The translations under genes and the position numbers were made by a program. The notes beneath the pieces are model-generated. The model worked only from the letters and a program-made list of their open reading frames with translations, made no database searches and had not been told where the DNA came from. Below are positions 27,548 through 41,578 of a DNA stretch of 64,000 nt, in pieces. The stretch is from Eledone cirrhosa (Eukaryota): contig OZ024740.1 of NCBI GenBank assembly GCA_964016885.1, forward strand, positions 188,108,001 through 188,172,000, written 5' to 3'. Positions within the stretch are counted from its first letter, which is position 1. Each line of letters begins with the position of its first letter.

Positions 27548-28010
27548 AATATTTCTATATTCAATTAAAATATCGTTTCTAAAGAATTATAGTGTATTTT
27601 CTGTTTCATATATACTGTTTCAAGGTTTCTTTCATATAAGTTAGACAAAGATTACATTGTGATAGGAAGGTCACTACTCATGTGAACTTCACTTTGTCAA
27701 AGCTGGTAAGGTTATACCTCAAATGTAGTTTTTGCATGAAAAATTCTCTTTAATATTTCATTAATTTATATGAGTGTTAACATTCCGGTTTCAGCAATTA
27801 CAAAACTCACAACAATATAATGTTCACAACATATTTTTTCTTTAAAATAGAGTATTTCTTTTGAATCTGTTTAATGTTTTGTTTTTCACAGAATTTTAGG
27901 TAAATATAAAAATATTAAAGATTTTTTCCTTTTCAAGAAGATGCCATAAACATATTTGATTTCTTTGTATTAAGAAAATACTCAGGCCAAGTAATATTAT
28001 ACATCATTAT

Positions 28011-28174
28011 TGGTAGAGTCGGACGCTTTGCCACAAAGAGTTACGGCCCTTTATGGTCTGAATTCAAATCCCGCCGAGGCTAACTTTCTCTTTCATCCTT
28101 ACGGGGTCGATAAAATAAATTACCAGTAATACACTGGGATAATTGCTGGCCTTGTGCCAAAAGTAGAAACAATT
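28011..28174 (+). mobile_element. Second SINE family (ttcatccttatggggtcgataaaataaagtaccagt core)
   Basis: B-box-like gaattcaaatccc; the same core recurs at 31219, 38569 and 38759. Confidence 0.8.
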
Positions 28175-31100
28175 ATTTCATAATGTAACTCTTAGACACT
28201 TTGATAAAATTTCATTATGAAAATTTATAAGTGAACCAAGGGTAATGAATAAAATATGTTTTAAATATACCTTCGGGAATATAAATATCACTGTAATAAA
28301 TCCTTTGGCAATACTTGTGAACTCATGAATTATTTTGTCCCTAAAAGTCTTAAGTAATTTGAAATTTTACAGTATTGTAATTCACCAGCTGTATGTATAT
28401 ATTGCTTCTATTTTTCTTTAATTTTCTAACAAAATCTTAAGCAGTTAAATAAGAAAATTAATATTAATTTGCATAAAACATTTATATTTATATGGGAGGA
28501 TTTTTTATTGTTTCTTAGTCAATTGAAGAGGGGTTAGCACACGTGGATCTTACAGAGTTTGATTTATAATCTGGGATAGGGAAACCAAATGTAGAAACAA
28601 TACTATAAATGGTTGTAGTTCTAAGAAGAAAGAATTAGAAATGTGCTTTGTATATTTTCTATGACAGCGTTTCCTAATGTAGGTTCTGAGGAACTTCAGG
28701 GTTCCACATAAAGAGTCTGGTGTTCAATGAAATAGTTCTGGGATTTCATAAGATAAGCTGTCTTTTTATAAAACCTAATAAAAATAGACTGTATACTTTA
28801 AATGATTTTGTATAATTTAGTTTAATAAAATTTTAAGTAAGTGTGAATTGCCCATAAAATGTATATATAACTTCCATAATTTTGGGAAAACCATATTAGG
28901 GCCCTGCAACAATAGTGTTTTGGAATCACTAACTTAGGAAGTATAAATCTTAAAAATGTGTGAATGACTGACCAGTAATGCAAGTGTGACTGGATGGGAA
29001 TGATGGTACATTTGATATTTTAGGGAAGCAGATGCCATTTAAAAAATACGAGGTAATAGAGAAAAATAGAAGGCAGCATATTATATATAAATGTCAGACC
29101 CAACATTCTAAGATATCTGCTACCTACTTCTTCTGAAATCTTCATCAATACTTTCTAACATCAATGCTATTTCCTACAGTAGTGCTCATCCAATATTTAC
29201 CCCAAATGCTTTATTATTAACATATTCCCATGATTTTGCACTCAGTATTACATTACACATTAAGTGTATAATATGTAAATTATTTCTCATGTACAGTCAC
29301 CAAAGATATTGGAGTGCCATGCAACATCATTGTTCTTACATAATACTAAAATAGTTTGACATTTCTTGACAGGAAACATTTTTTTTATTTACAAAATTAC
29401 ATTTCTTAAAATATTTTTATTCCTTTCAAGCTATTTTTACTTTTGCTCCTACTTCAGAATGAATTATAGTATTCGAAGAATGTACCTTAATACAGAGGAT
29501 AAATGATAGTTTTTGTTCTATTTTTCTCTTTTTGCAAGGCCCCTTAAATTTATAGGTGAGTTAGATGAAGGAACCATGACTCGTGTGGCTGTAGTAGGAA
29601 GCATCACTCGAAGATATAGGAGTAATGAATACTCTAACTAGAATCCTAATAAGAAATCATGCAACAGAATGAACTGTGCTAAAGGCACCCAAGAATCAGA
29701 TAGTGTTGCTAAACTGGATGTTGGAATAAATCTACCATCTACTGAATGACATAGTCAATTCATTTACGCAGTTTCCATCTACCTTATTTTATTAATAAAT
29801 CTTGATTTGACCCAAATGAGTGACAGAAACACTTGCTGAGGATGCCATATAGTAGGTTTTCACTCTAAATCAAGGGACTACAAAGCAATATTCTTAAACA
29901 TATAGCCATGCCTGCACTATTTGAGCTAACCTGATCATTTTGCTGAATGTTGTTCATTTTGTAGCTCCATAAAAATATGTTGCTTATGAAGCAAATAGAA
30001 GTTAATCTGTATCTTTTCACACAAATGTTGCACTTAGCTTTTTACTCTGTATCATGTAATGCCATAAAACATTGAAGGATGTTTATCACTGAATTCATTT
30101 CAGATCTTGACGAGGCATTTAGCAACCTTATACCATTCATAGTATTAGCTAGTTGTTATAAGTTTGGTTCCAATCTGAATCTAATTTTCTTTCTATGCAT
30201 TTGACACAATTTTATTTAATATAAGCATAAACCTAGAACATAAAAGGATTATGTTTGTTTGTGTGTGTGTGGGTGTGTTTTTATGAAGGATTATGTATTT
30301 GTGTGAGAAAGTGAAGGATTGTGCATGTGTATGTTGAACATTTATATACATACATGTGTAACAGAAGTGTAGAAAAAAAGCAGCTGTAGTTTTATATTAA
30401 TTTATCACTGTGCAAATACTTAATGTGTAATCCTTAGCCATGGAGTGGGAACGTTACTTCATACAATTATTTATCAGTATTCATATTTTTTATCTCTGTT
30501 GGCACATATCTGTATGTTTGAGGTACTTGAACATGTTTTCATAACCCATGTTTTGTCATTATAACTTGTGAAATATCATGCATTTGTTCAGCTTGAAACC
30601 TTCTGAAGTTCTCTGAGGATGAGTAAAATGACATGTATAGCTTAATGAACTAAGTATACAATCTCAAATGTGAATATGTATAGATGAATAATTAATTTAT
30701 TATTGTCAGTTGGCTCTATTTATCACTTACTCAGATAGGCCCATTGTTAGACGAATATTGATTGTGTTATTTTACAGGAAGAGTAGAGGAACTGTGTCCA
30801 AATTATTGTTTTTTGTCACTGTATTTTTATTATCTGTTGCTATTGTTACATGCATTTTTTATTTATATATGAATGTATAGGTTTACCAGATTTTGGTATT
30901 CCTTTCATAGATTCCTATTTTTATAGCTAGATGCCTTTCATGATACTAGATGCCTTTCATGATACTAATCATGTAACTATGACTAAATAGTAGCCACCAT
31001 GTTTCTGTAAGGAAGTATTTTGCAAAGAACCGTTGAAATGAATTGTTCAACTTTCTGTATGAGGCTGCTTTTGTTGTTGAGATATCTATGTGTTATATGA

Positions 31101-31218
31101 TTAGGAGTTACATTTGAATTAGTGATAAATGTGGAATCATCAATGGAAACCTAACAGCTATTGTATATTTGAATGAAGCAAAGATAATCGTGTGTAAATT
31201 TTAACAATATTATTAATA

Positions 31219-31324
31219 AATCCTGCCGAGGTTAACTTTGCCTTTCATCCTTATGGGGTCGATAAAATAAAGTACCAGTAATGCACTGGGTAATTGCTGG
31301 CCTTGTGCCAAAAGTAGAAACAAT
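31219..31324 (+). mobile_element. Second SINE family, 5'-truncated copy
   Basis: Matches 28068-28174. Confidence 0.8.
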
Positions 31325-31513
31325 TATTAATATGGGTGAGGCATCTTCAAATTAAAATTTAAAAAAAGAGTTAACTGGACGAATGTTCAATAATTATTTC
31401 CAGATTACCCATGAATTTAATTTGCAGCACATACATATATACATTTATGCACACATGCACACACACACACAACAAATTAAATTCCTGAATAATCTGTAAC
31501 AAAATACTGAGAT

Positions 31514-31544
<31 letters not shown>

Positions 31545-34500
31545 CACAAAATATGATTTCTGCTGTAGGACATTTCATTTATCCGTTGTCATGTGTGTAT
31601 GTATATGCATAATTTAGAAACTCTTGGATAAATATTAACAGATCAATTCACACCACTTCAGGAAGTATTGACTTATATAAATTTATTTTATTAATGTAAA
31701 GATATGCAAACACAAAATGATGCAAAATGATATTGCAGAATCATGAGTAGGAAGGCTTAGTTATACGAATTTCTTTAGTTTTCTTGATATTTCTTTCATT
31801 AAAATTCTTAATAAATTTAATTAGAAATTATCCTTTAGAATGCAACTATTAGCCAAGCTAAGACACTAAATTCAAAGAACTAAGAAAAATATATTTAAAA
31901 AATGTTAAATCAATGAAGCAGAATAAATAATTATTTCTATTCATTTATTTAACCTATTGTACTTGAAGTAGTATACAGCTAGTGTAAACTAGAGCTTGAT
32001 AGAAGATATAGAAGTGATCTAAATGTAAACACATAACAGAAGATATTGGCTGGTGTAAGTTTATTAATATGAGTGTGTGTGTGTATCCATGCATTTGAAA
32101 AAAAGCTAACAGAGTTGGTAAACTGAAATCTCATGCATTCTCCATGCTGTCTTCTTTAATAAAGAAAACAGTCTTCATGAATATTGATATTATCCTAAAA
32201 TGCTAACTTTGGGAGAATTGGTTGATAATAAGAAATAGATAAAAAGTCAAGAACAGTATTATGTAGAACAAAGTAAACTGATAAATTCTTCTGATACTGC
32301 TCAAAAATAAAAATATTAAAAAGGAAATAGGGTCATTTTTGAAAATAAAACTTTAGCAATGTTCTCTCTCAATGGGATTAGACTAGTGGGAAAATCAATT
32401 AAAGAAATTCCTGTCTGTCTGAAATAGTTGACTTAGTATTCTTTCAAAGAAAATCAATAAACAGATTTTTTTATATATTTTAAAGGTTATTTCGTATTGA
32501 GTGTAGATTTAATTTATAATTTTATCTATTGTGTTTATCTTTTCTTTCGCAGAAAATGGCTAATAGCAGTTTGCTTAAAAGGCATCTTTCTGTTTTTGTT
32601 TAAGCTTCTAGCTAACAACTTTCATATGTATAAATATCAATATTTTTCACAAATTGTTGCCTTAGATATATACATCTCACTTGCCACTGTTTTCTCTCTT
32701 TATGCATTTATATGCAAGGGTCTAATTAATTTTTAAGAACTATCATCATCATCACCGTTGTTGGAGAGTGCATTTTGAGACTATGTTTTATGACATATCT
32801 AGTAAATATTGAATGAAATGCCTTGTAATCGTTAGGTTTAAAACTGAGCAATTTATATCAATGCAATGCTTTCTAGTTTACATCATGCTATGGTTTTGTT
32901 TCACTGAGTTTTTCAAATGGTAAAATATTCAACCCAATCCAATACAGGGCCTTTTCACTCCTGTTGGAAGAACCCTTCTCCACCACTTTCTATTTAGTTT
33001 TGGTCATGTTAGCGGTGTAGCCATACTCACCACACGTGGCCAATTGTGAGTTAGTGAGGTTATTTAACCCATATTTGCAGTGAATGGCATTTGACTTTCA
33101 GGAGTTCATCTCCCCTTTTAACAACTCTTGTTTCTTGTGCAGCCAGGATCTGGTAGGAGAGTTAGTTTAGTCAACGACCAATGGACCATGAAGCAGGTTG
33201 TAATGGGTTATATAGTACCAGTAATGGACAGTCAAATAAGCAAACAGTAATGTGCTGATTAACTGCTTAGATTGATCAGGAACAAGGATCACATCAACTA
33301 CAGTTAACATGCTAATGATATACTCAGTTTAACTAGAAGACTAATGAAAATGACTTAAAGTTTTCTATTACACATCAGAATATGTATAAGAAATAATTCA
33401 TTTATCTATCTGATATGTGGAGTATTGATATGTTAATTCAAACATTTAACGTTATATGTAACAATAATAATAATAATAATGATAATGCAGTGAATAGGAC
33501 AGATGAAATTAATTCGCTATGCTTTGTATTATTATTATTATTATTATTGTGTTCTATACCATTACATTCATACAGCATATCGAATTTACTTACACGAAGA
33601 CTGATTCTTAATCGAATTTAAGGAATACAATATTGATAAGAAGATTCATCATATTTACGCTGTGTGGATATATATATATTTGAAGCACAAAATATTATTG
33701 ACAAAATTCTTTATTTACCTTGAGTATTTACTTTTGTAATAAATATATATATATATATACATACATACACGTACACACACACACACACATGTTGAGACAT
33801 CTTTTTTTCCTTTGGCAACAAGCATGAAACTAATAAGTCTGTGTAATTTTATCTATGTTCATCTTTTTTAATCTTAAACTTGTGTGTGTAGTGGTAAAAG
33901 ATCATTTTCTATTGTTGAAATTGTATATACACCTATTCACCAAAGAGTTTCAAAAATTTCAAATACACTATTTGATAAGTGCATTAACAAATGGTAGAGC
34001 GGATGTAACAACATGCTGCTGCATTATAACTTCTGATATACTGCTACTGAAATTATTTGTTTTATTTTTTCCTCTCTTGTTTATGGAGTTGATTAATTTC
34101 TGAATACCTGCAGCTAAGATAATCTATATTCATTTCAAATTGATAAGAGGTATTTATCATAAAAGTCACTGGTTAGTTAAGAAGGATATAGAAATTTATT
34201 TTTGTTGTTGCTGCAAATGTTTACACCACTAATATTGATAAAAAAAAATTATGCTTCTAAAACAATAGCAGGAGCTTACTTGCTTAATATTCTTTCAGAT
34301 AACTAGCTAAACATGTCAAAATTGGTTTTGTGTCTCTCTGTTGTACTAACTTGATGAGATTGATGATCATTGATTTTTATTGATTAGCTATATGGTCCTT
34401 ATTTTCATAAAGCAAGCTGGTCATTAGAACTAATTCATGACTTCTACAATATTGATCTTATTTTGTTTATTTAGAATCCATAAATGATTAGAGCCATTAT

Positions 34501-37044
34501 TAGCTGAAGGTGGTTTCTGAATAATGAAACAAAAATAAACTGGTTGATTTAAAATATACATATTGCTTTTATCATATTTGAAGACATTATTCCTTGTTTT
34601 TCTGTAAAATTGTTTAGTTTGCTTTATATTCTGATTCTACCTGTTTCAAAAATTTATTTCTCAGAACAATTGGCAAACATTTGCATATAGATTTTATGTT
34701 TTTGAATCAATGTGTTGTCATTAAAGGAATTCATTAATAATTGAAAACTTTGAATAAATCTGAACAGTAAAGACTAGTCTTTGTATATTTTGAGTTTGAA
34801 TTCATTTTTTCTTCTTAATTGTAGAAACTTATATTTACAAAAAAATTATATAAAGCAATAAGGAAATGAGGAATAGAAGAAAAAGTAAAGAAATTAATTG
34901 AAAGAATGAATTAAACAAAAGGAAGAAGAGAGGGGAAGAGGGTTCACTCAATATGCCCCAGTCTTACTTGTATCTCTCAGCTTTGTCCTACAGACAAAAT
35001 GGTGAGGGCATTGCCACAGCAAATGACTAGTGACACTCACAATTCTTCTTTCCTTTGGCAGGCTGCCATTTTTCTGATTTAGCAAAGAAAATGTCTGTTC
35101 AAAGACCTAGGACATTTGAAGTCAAATGGCAACCAGCATGAAAAGGAAGTAGTCTGTCAAATAGCTGACCTCAAATCGCCAAGTCTAGCAGAGAAGATAA
35201 CGAAGGAACGCGACAAGTGGAGAGATGCCATGCTGAGAAGCCATCCAACCCATGCAAGCATGGAAAAGCAGATGTGAATATGATGATGATAGACAAATGT
35301 CCTGCAATTCAGCAGATAGATACGTGAAGATCGCTACCTTACTTAATAAAAAAAATGAGTGTTGGCATCAGGAATAGCATCCAGTTTTAGAATTCTTTCC
35401 TAAAGAAAAAAGAAACCTGTGTGTAGCCCATGTTAGCATGCAAAAACAGGTATGATGGTTAAGATGATGATGATGAAACTATACTCATGTTGTCAAAGGA
35501 ATGGAAGCTGTTATTTTTAAGCAGTAGATGAAATATTGAAACATTAATTTTGATTCTTTATTTGCAAATTTATTGACAATGACAGTATCTTTCAGGTTTT
35601 TAGACACTAATCTGGTTTATAACCTGAAATACTTTGAGAGATTCTCAAATAATATCCTCAGAGGAAGAAGAATTTCTGAAATGTTCTAAAAGGAGGGGAT
35701 TTTATTCACATTAAATGTAATAGAAAATATCTTTAGAGATATTAAGACCGCTTGTAGATACTGAATAGGTCGATTTATAGAAGTGGCAATGGCAAAATGT
35801 TGCAAACGCAATAGGTTGGCAGAATATCATTATTCCATTACTGAATAGATAAATTGATTTGGCACATATGTTCTGAAATAGGATAAGAAAACATAAGGGC
35901 TTTATACTTACTCTTGCATATATTCTTGACAGAATTTCAAATTTCTAATGTATTTCCCTTTTTATTAATGTGATTCAAGATTACATTTTCAAAAGAATTA
36001 TATTTTCCCAAAACAAGAGAAAATTGTCTTGTTAGCATTGTTAGTAATAAACAACAATAGTTAAAAATACTTATTGAAGAGATTTCCTTCTATATTCTAT
36101 CCCAGTGACTGATGAATAAATAATATTATTTAAAAACTGAAAAAATAATATTTTAAAAGCTTTTATTAAAAATATAGAGTATGATAAACATTGTTCTTGA
36201 TTGTGGAATTTTTGATGAAGAAGGATTCATTCTGTATTGACAGATGAAGTAACATAAAAACACTTCCCTCTTGCCTTTATGCTATTAATATTACACAAGT
36301 GTAGAACAATTCAGAGCAGTCATTTATTCTAGATTTAAATTTTGTTCATTTGATTCTATAAATTTTGAAAATTTTCTGGCGTCTTGTCATCTGCTGACAA
36401 TTTACAGGGTTAGGTGCAATTCTCTAAAATATGAAGTACAATAATTATATGTTGATATTTTAAATCTTTTATGTAATTTTATTTTTCCTGGATTTAAATT
36501 ATTAGAAGGAAGTTGGTTTTTATATTGCTCACGAGGAAACAATATTTCAAATACTTATAGTCTAGTTATCATCACCGTCATAGTTCTCCCACACCTTTTG
36601 GAATTGTTGGGACACTGCGGTGCTGAATGCTGCCCCAACTTTCTCCATTTCTGGCGGTCATGGGTGAGTGCTTCGGATGTGACAAAGTTCTTTCCCGTCT
36701 ACTCAGCTATGTTGCCAATTCATTGCTTCATCTGTCTGCCCTGCCTTCTCTTCCACAGTAATGTTCATTGGAGTATTGTCTTAATAAGTTTATAATTACA
36801 ATCTCTAGTATATACACAAGCAGCACATTTTGGTATTGGGAAAATTTGACAAACTCTACTCCAGTAGTTCATTGAGAGTTTCTTTTATTGACTTCATAAG
36901 ATAAAAGATGAATTTGGTAGAATTTTAAATCTGATTATAAAGTAAATTATCTAAATACTACAAGGTAATTTGTCAGATAACCTACAAATTTTGCCATCCT
37001 TAACTTTTTCTTGGGTAATGACTAAAAGAATACAATCGGCCAAA

Positions 37045-37400
37045 ATAGGGTTCCTCCTAAGGATCTTTGGAGTAATATTACTCAATAGAGCGTGTAGCTC
37101 AGGATCAGGTAGTCACTTTTGGTAGAGATACTACTCTGCTGAATTGAGAGATCATGGCTCTGACATTTTGAGCATGAGCTTAGAATATCTCAGGAATGAA
37201 TCGCTAGACAGATTTCGCATGGCAGGAAACCCTGGAGTAGAGCCCGAGCAAGATGGTTGGATAACATCCATGAGCTTTGCTGGCTTTGCTTGGGGATTCA
37301 ACCAGATCAATTGGAGTTGGTTGCTTCTGATAAGACTTGCTCGAAGGAATGTTTGATCACACTGCCCCCACAACCCATTCAGGAATAAATGGGTGAAGAA
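37045..37400 (+). mobile_element. Decayed 3' fragment of a third RTE-like family
   Basis: Similar to 61620-61830 and to the reverse complement of 44462-44845. Confidence 0.7.
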
Positions 37401-38568
37401 GAAGAATAACTTTCTCTTAAAAATAATAATCATCTTTCTTTTTATTGCCAAAAGGTGAATTGATGAGGGCGCAATACATGTACAAACAAGGGCAGTGTTG
37501 GATACTTAGAAATCGAATGAATGTAAAAAAAGAAAATGATATAAAACAAGTAGGATAGAAGCTTCAGAGAGGATAGTCAATGTTTATGGCAAGTCAAGAA
37601 ACCCAACAGATCCAAGATTAACCTAACTATCAATGATAAGTTCAATTTCCAGTTGTCATTCCTCAGCCTATGTTCACATGGCAATCCCACATCTCTTAAC
37701 ATGCCTTTTCTGCTGCAGGTGTTTGAGAGTCTCACTGAAAAGACCAGAGAAGAGAGACTTGCTTGTTAGACAGACGCATGTCATTTAAGATAGTTTTGAT
37801 CGATGGCCAATGAGTTTAATCACTGAGAAGATGTCATTGTACATTGAAGTGATCAATAATTTGAAATCTGGAATAAAAGCTGCATTGAAGATGAATGACA
37901 AGTAACTATGGTTAACCCTGGCAAAAGATTTTTATCGGTCCAAATTTATCAGTCCCTTCAAAACCAGGTTTCTCTCTCACTCCATCTATGACAGATAAGC
38001 TAGTGGTTTTATAACCATGTTGCTCTAGCATCACTGCCTTCTCTTTTAACGCTCTCCCATATCAATGAATATACATTCCATCTAATATATGCACACATAT
38101 GTGTGCTTTTACTCTGTTCATATGTGAGTGAGTGTGTTTGATTGTGTTTTAGTGGACTAATGAGGCCAAGGTCTTTTTCGATTGTGATGGTGGTAATAGA
38201 GATGGACTTTTCCTCTTCAGTGGTACTGTAAATAGTAACATCTTTGTAACTTCCAGATATTCAGATAACAAAAATATTTGTTTTCAAAAATGTAGCCCCA
38301 ATGGGTTGAGAACAACAGAGCCAACTAGCTCCTAGCAGTTATGGTTGGTTTCTGCAACAAAAGGAACACAAACATCAACAATAACAAAATGTTTATATAA
38401 TAAACTCTCAACAAATTTTTCTTGAAATTATGGAGCAAAATAAAGCATAACTTGTATTAATTTAAAAATAATAATAATAACATCAATAATAGTAATGTTG
38501 GGAAGACACTCAGCAAGAAATGGAAATAAAATTGAACGAAAAAGAAAAATATAATTATAATAATAATA

Positions 38569-38947
38569 ATTGTTTCTACTTTTGGCACAAGGCCAGCAAT
38601 TATTCCAGTGTATTACTGGTACTTTATTTTATCGACCCCGTAAGGATGAAAGGCAAAGTTAACCTCAATGGGATTTGAACTCAGGGCCGTAACTCTTTGC
38701 TGCAAAGCATGGCGTCCGACCCTCTACCAATACTGCCAATCCACCGCCTATAATAATAATTTTGTTTCTACATTTGGCACAAGGCCAGCAATTACCCAGT
38801 GCATTACTGGTACTTTATTTTATCGACCCCGTAAGGATGAAAGGCAAAGTTAACCTCGACGGGATTTGAACTCAGACCGTAAAGGGACATAACTATGCTG
38901 GAAAGCATGGCATTCGACCCTCCACCGATACTGCCAATCCACTGCCC
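38569..38947 (-). mobile_element. Two tandem copies of the second SINE family with (TTA)n tails
   Basis: Direct repeats 38569-38748 and 38759-38947, the reverse complement of the 28011 element. Confidence 0.85.
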
Positions 38948-41486
38948 TTACAGCCTATAATAATAATAATAAATAATCAGGTGTCAGATTGACACTCAAC
39001 ATGATTTGGCAAAGAAGCAGAATGCAAAGGGAATTTCAATGAATAATAATAATAATAATAATTGTAGTATAAATGATTGCAGGTATCTAACATATTGGAA
39101 CATTGAGTTAACAATTATTTTATTTTGTTTAAGGTGAAATCTGATATAGTATATATACTGTAAATATACTTCAATGAAGTTTACATTGATGTTTCTGAAG
39201 TATTCTTTAGAACACATAACACTGGCTGTTTTTAGTTTATCACATAATCAATTTATACTTTCAGTATATAAATATATATATGCCAACATTTGAGCTCTAT
39301 CCAAAATAGATCAGAATTTATGCTTCTGCTGATGGGGTTGATAATAATAGTGGTGACGACGATGATGATGAAGCTTTTGCTGCTGTTAAAGGTGCCAGTA
39401 ACGCTGGTAAATTTTTACATGTATATGACGACCTAGACCTGTCTTTTATCAACACTGGAGAATTGACCTTGATGTAAATTGAATTTCTAACAGTGAGATA
39501 CTGAACTTGATAATGTAAAATAACTATTGAGGTTTATTCTGTATTGGCAGGTTTCAGTGATGAAACAGATAATATTTCATTGATGTTATTTAAAATCAAG
39601 TAGTCTGAAATAGTTTTCTTGTAAATTGAATTGGAATACAAACCTTTTAGATGTGTTACAGTAAATGTAGAATCACAGATAAAGCAAGAAAAGTATTATA
39701 ACAGGATAAAATGCACCCAGTACTCCCTGTAAAGTGGTTGTTGATGAGAAGGGCATCTATTTGGTCATAGAAAACATGCCAAACAAAGGCTAGAGAGGAT
39801 GTCAGTTGTATCAAAGACATGACAACCTCCCTAGTAATGGTGTCACAATATAATGCTGGGTGAACTCTGTCGAGTGTGAGATTAGTAGTTGAAATTAAGT
39901 ACTGCCTTGGACTGGGAGTCTGAGTTATAGCATAAGTTATAAACTTGACTATTTTAAAAATAAGATTAGTTACATGAAGGGAACCTTATTTAATTTACCG
40001 AGCTAAGAAAGAAACTTTATCCCTGTAGAAACATTTAAAACCACTCCACACTTGTATATTGCATATAAAGCATGTGTGTGTTGCAAGTTTTTTGAGGTGA
40101 GTTAGAAAGTGTCAGGATATTTAGAAAACTCAAATTGGTTTAATGCATTGAACTAGTTGATTCAGATTCTTTTGTGACAAAGTGCCCCACATACACCAAT
40201 CTGATTTAAAACAATTTTAACCTCTTCAGTGCCACAGACGAGATAACTCATCCTAACATGTTTGAACTCCTTTCCAACATTTCATAACTTCAAAGTTATG
40301 ATCTCATTTCCAACAGTTTATAACTTCAAAGCTAGATGGTGTTACTAGTTTATTGATGCGATGTTTGTCAATCAAAATATTCATTTTAAAGTAAAACAAA
40401 AACCCCGGCAGTCAACAGGTTAATACTTATCTTTCTTTATATAATAAAACATTTAAAAAGTCAATTATGTGCCACACCAGTTTTACTGATTTATTCACCA
40501 TGCCATGAATAAAAATTGGTGGATATGATTTTATTTTGTAGTAAATTTACTTATTGAAATGTTAACAACCAGCAATGTGTATTTCTATAATAAGCATAAA
40601 GTAACTGTTAACAAATGCGTTATCATCATATATTATGTTTAAATTATATTTAATAAATCATTTATTTAAAATTATGTGATGTGTCGATATTGCAAACTTT
40701 ACAATGAAATGATATATAATTTTTAATATTTTATATTGTCTTTTCGTTTTTAATATTCTCCTAGTTTGGTGACATTGATGTGGTTGATGTTTTATTTGAA
40801 ATTCTGTAGGATAACATTTATAGCAAAATATGTCGGCAGGAGCGAAATTCCCCTGGGAAGCAGTTCTGGAAAAGAAGGATAAATATAATATTTCATGCAG
40901 AGATTAGTATGATAACAATTGGTGGGAAACATAAGTAGCATTGTCAGGAAATGGGAGCTATGCAACAAGCTAGTTCACAAGAGCAGGTGCTACTGCAGCA
41001 TCAATAGATAAAGCAAAGCGAAACAGTATATCTGTGAGCTAAAATAATAGCATGTTTGTTTGTGTGTGTATGTGTATGTGTGTGTGGTTATATCTTTATA
41101 ATTTTTGCACTAACATTATTGACTTTGGTGTCAATTGAGTTCAAGAGCTATTTGGTATTAAATGTGATGCTTTCAGCTGATCAATGTTTTATTCTCTGTA
41201 TATGGTGTCTAAGTTATTTATGTTTTAAATATTCTTTTCTAAAAAGATATGTAAATTAATTTGAGCCTGGAAATTTGATGCAAAAACTACAAGTATATTC
41301 TCAGTCAAAATAAATGTGGAGACATGCAGATAGTGATGTATGTAGCTTATATGTTTCTGTGTGTGTATATTTTACTGATGTGAGAAAAATACTCAATACT
41401 ATAATTAATGTATGAACAATTTGCGTCTGCTGGATGACTGAGGAATCGTATAATAGTTATTTAAGTTTCAGTCAATTGAATTAATT

Positions 41487-41577
<91 letters not shown>

Positions 41578-41578
<1 letters not shown>

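Noticed and set aside
32541-32603. Acceptor tttctttcgcag followed by an ATG
   Set aside because: The frame closes after 15 codons and there is no good donor nearby.
38569-38947. CRISPR-like or other prokaryotic repeat array
   Set aside because: Two adjacent SINE copies in eukaryotic DNA; no repeat-spacer periodicity or cas genes anywhere in the window.
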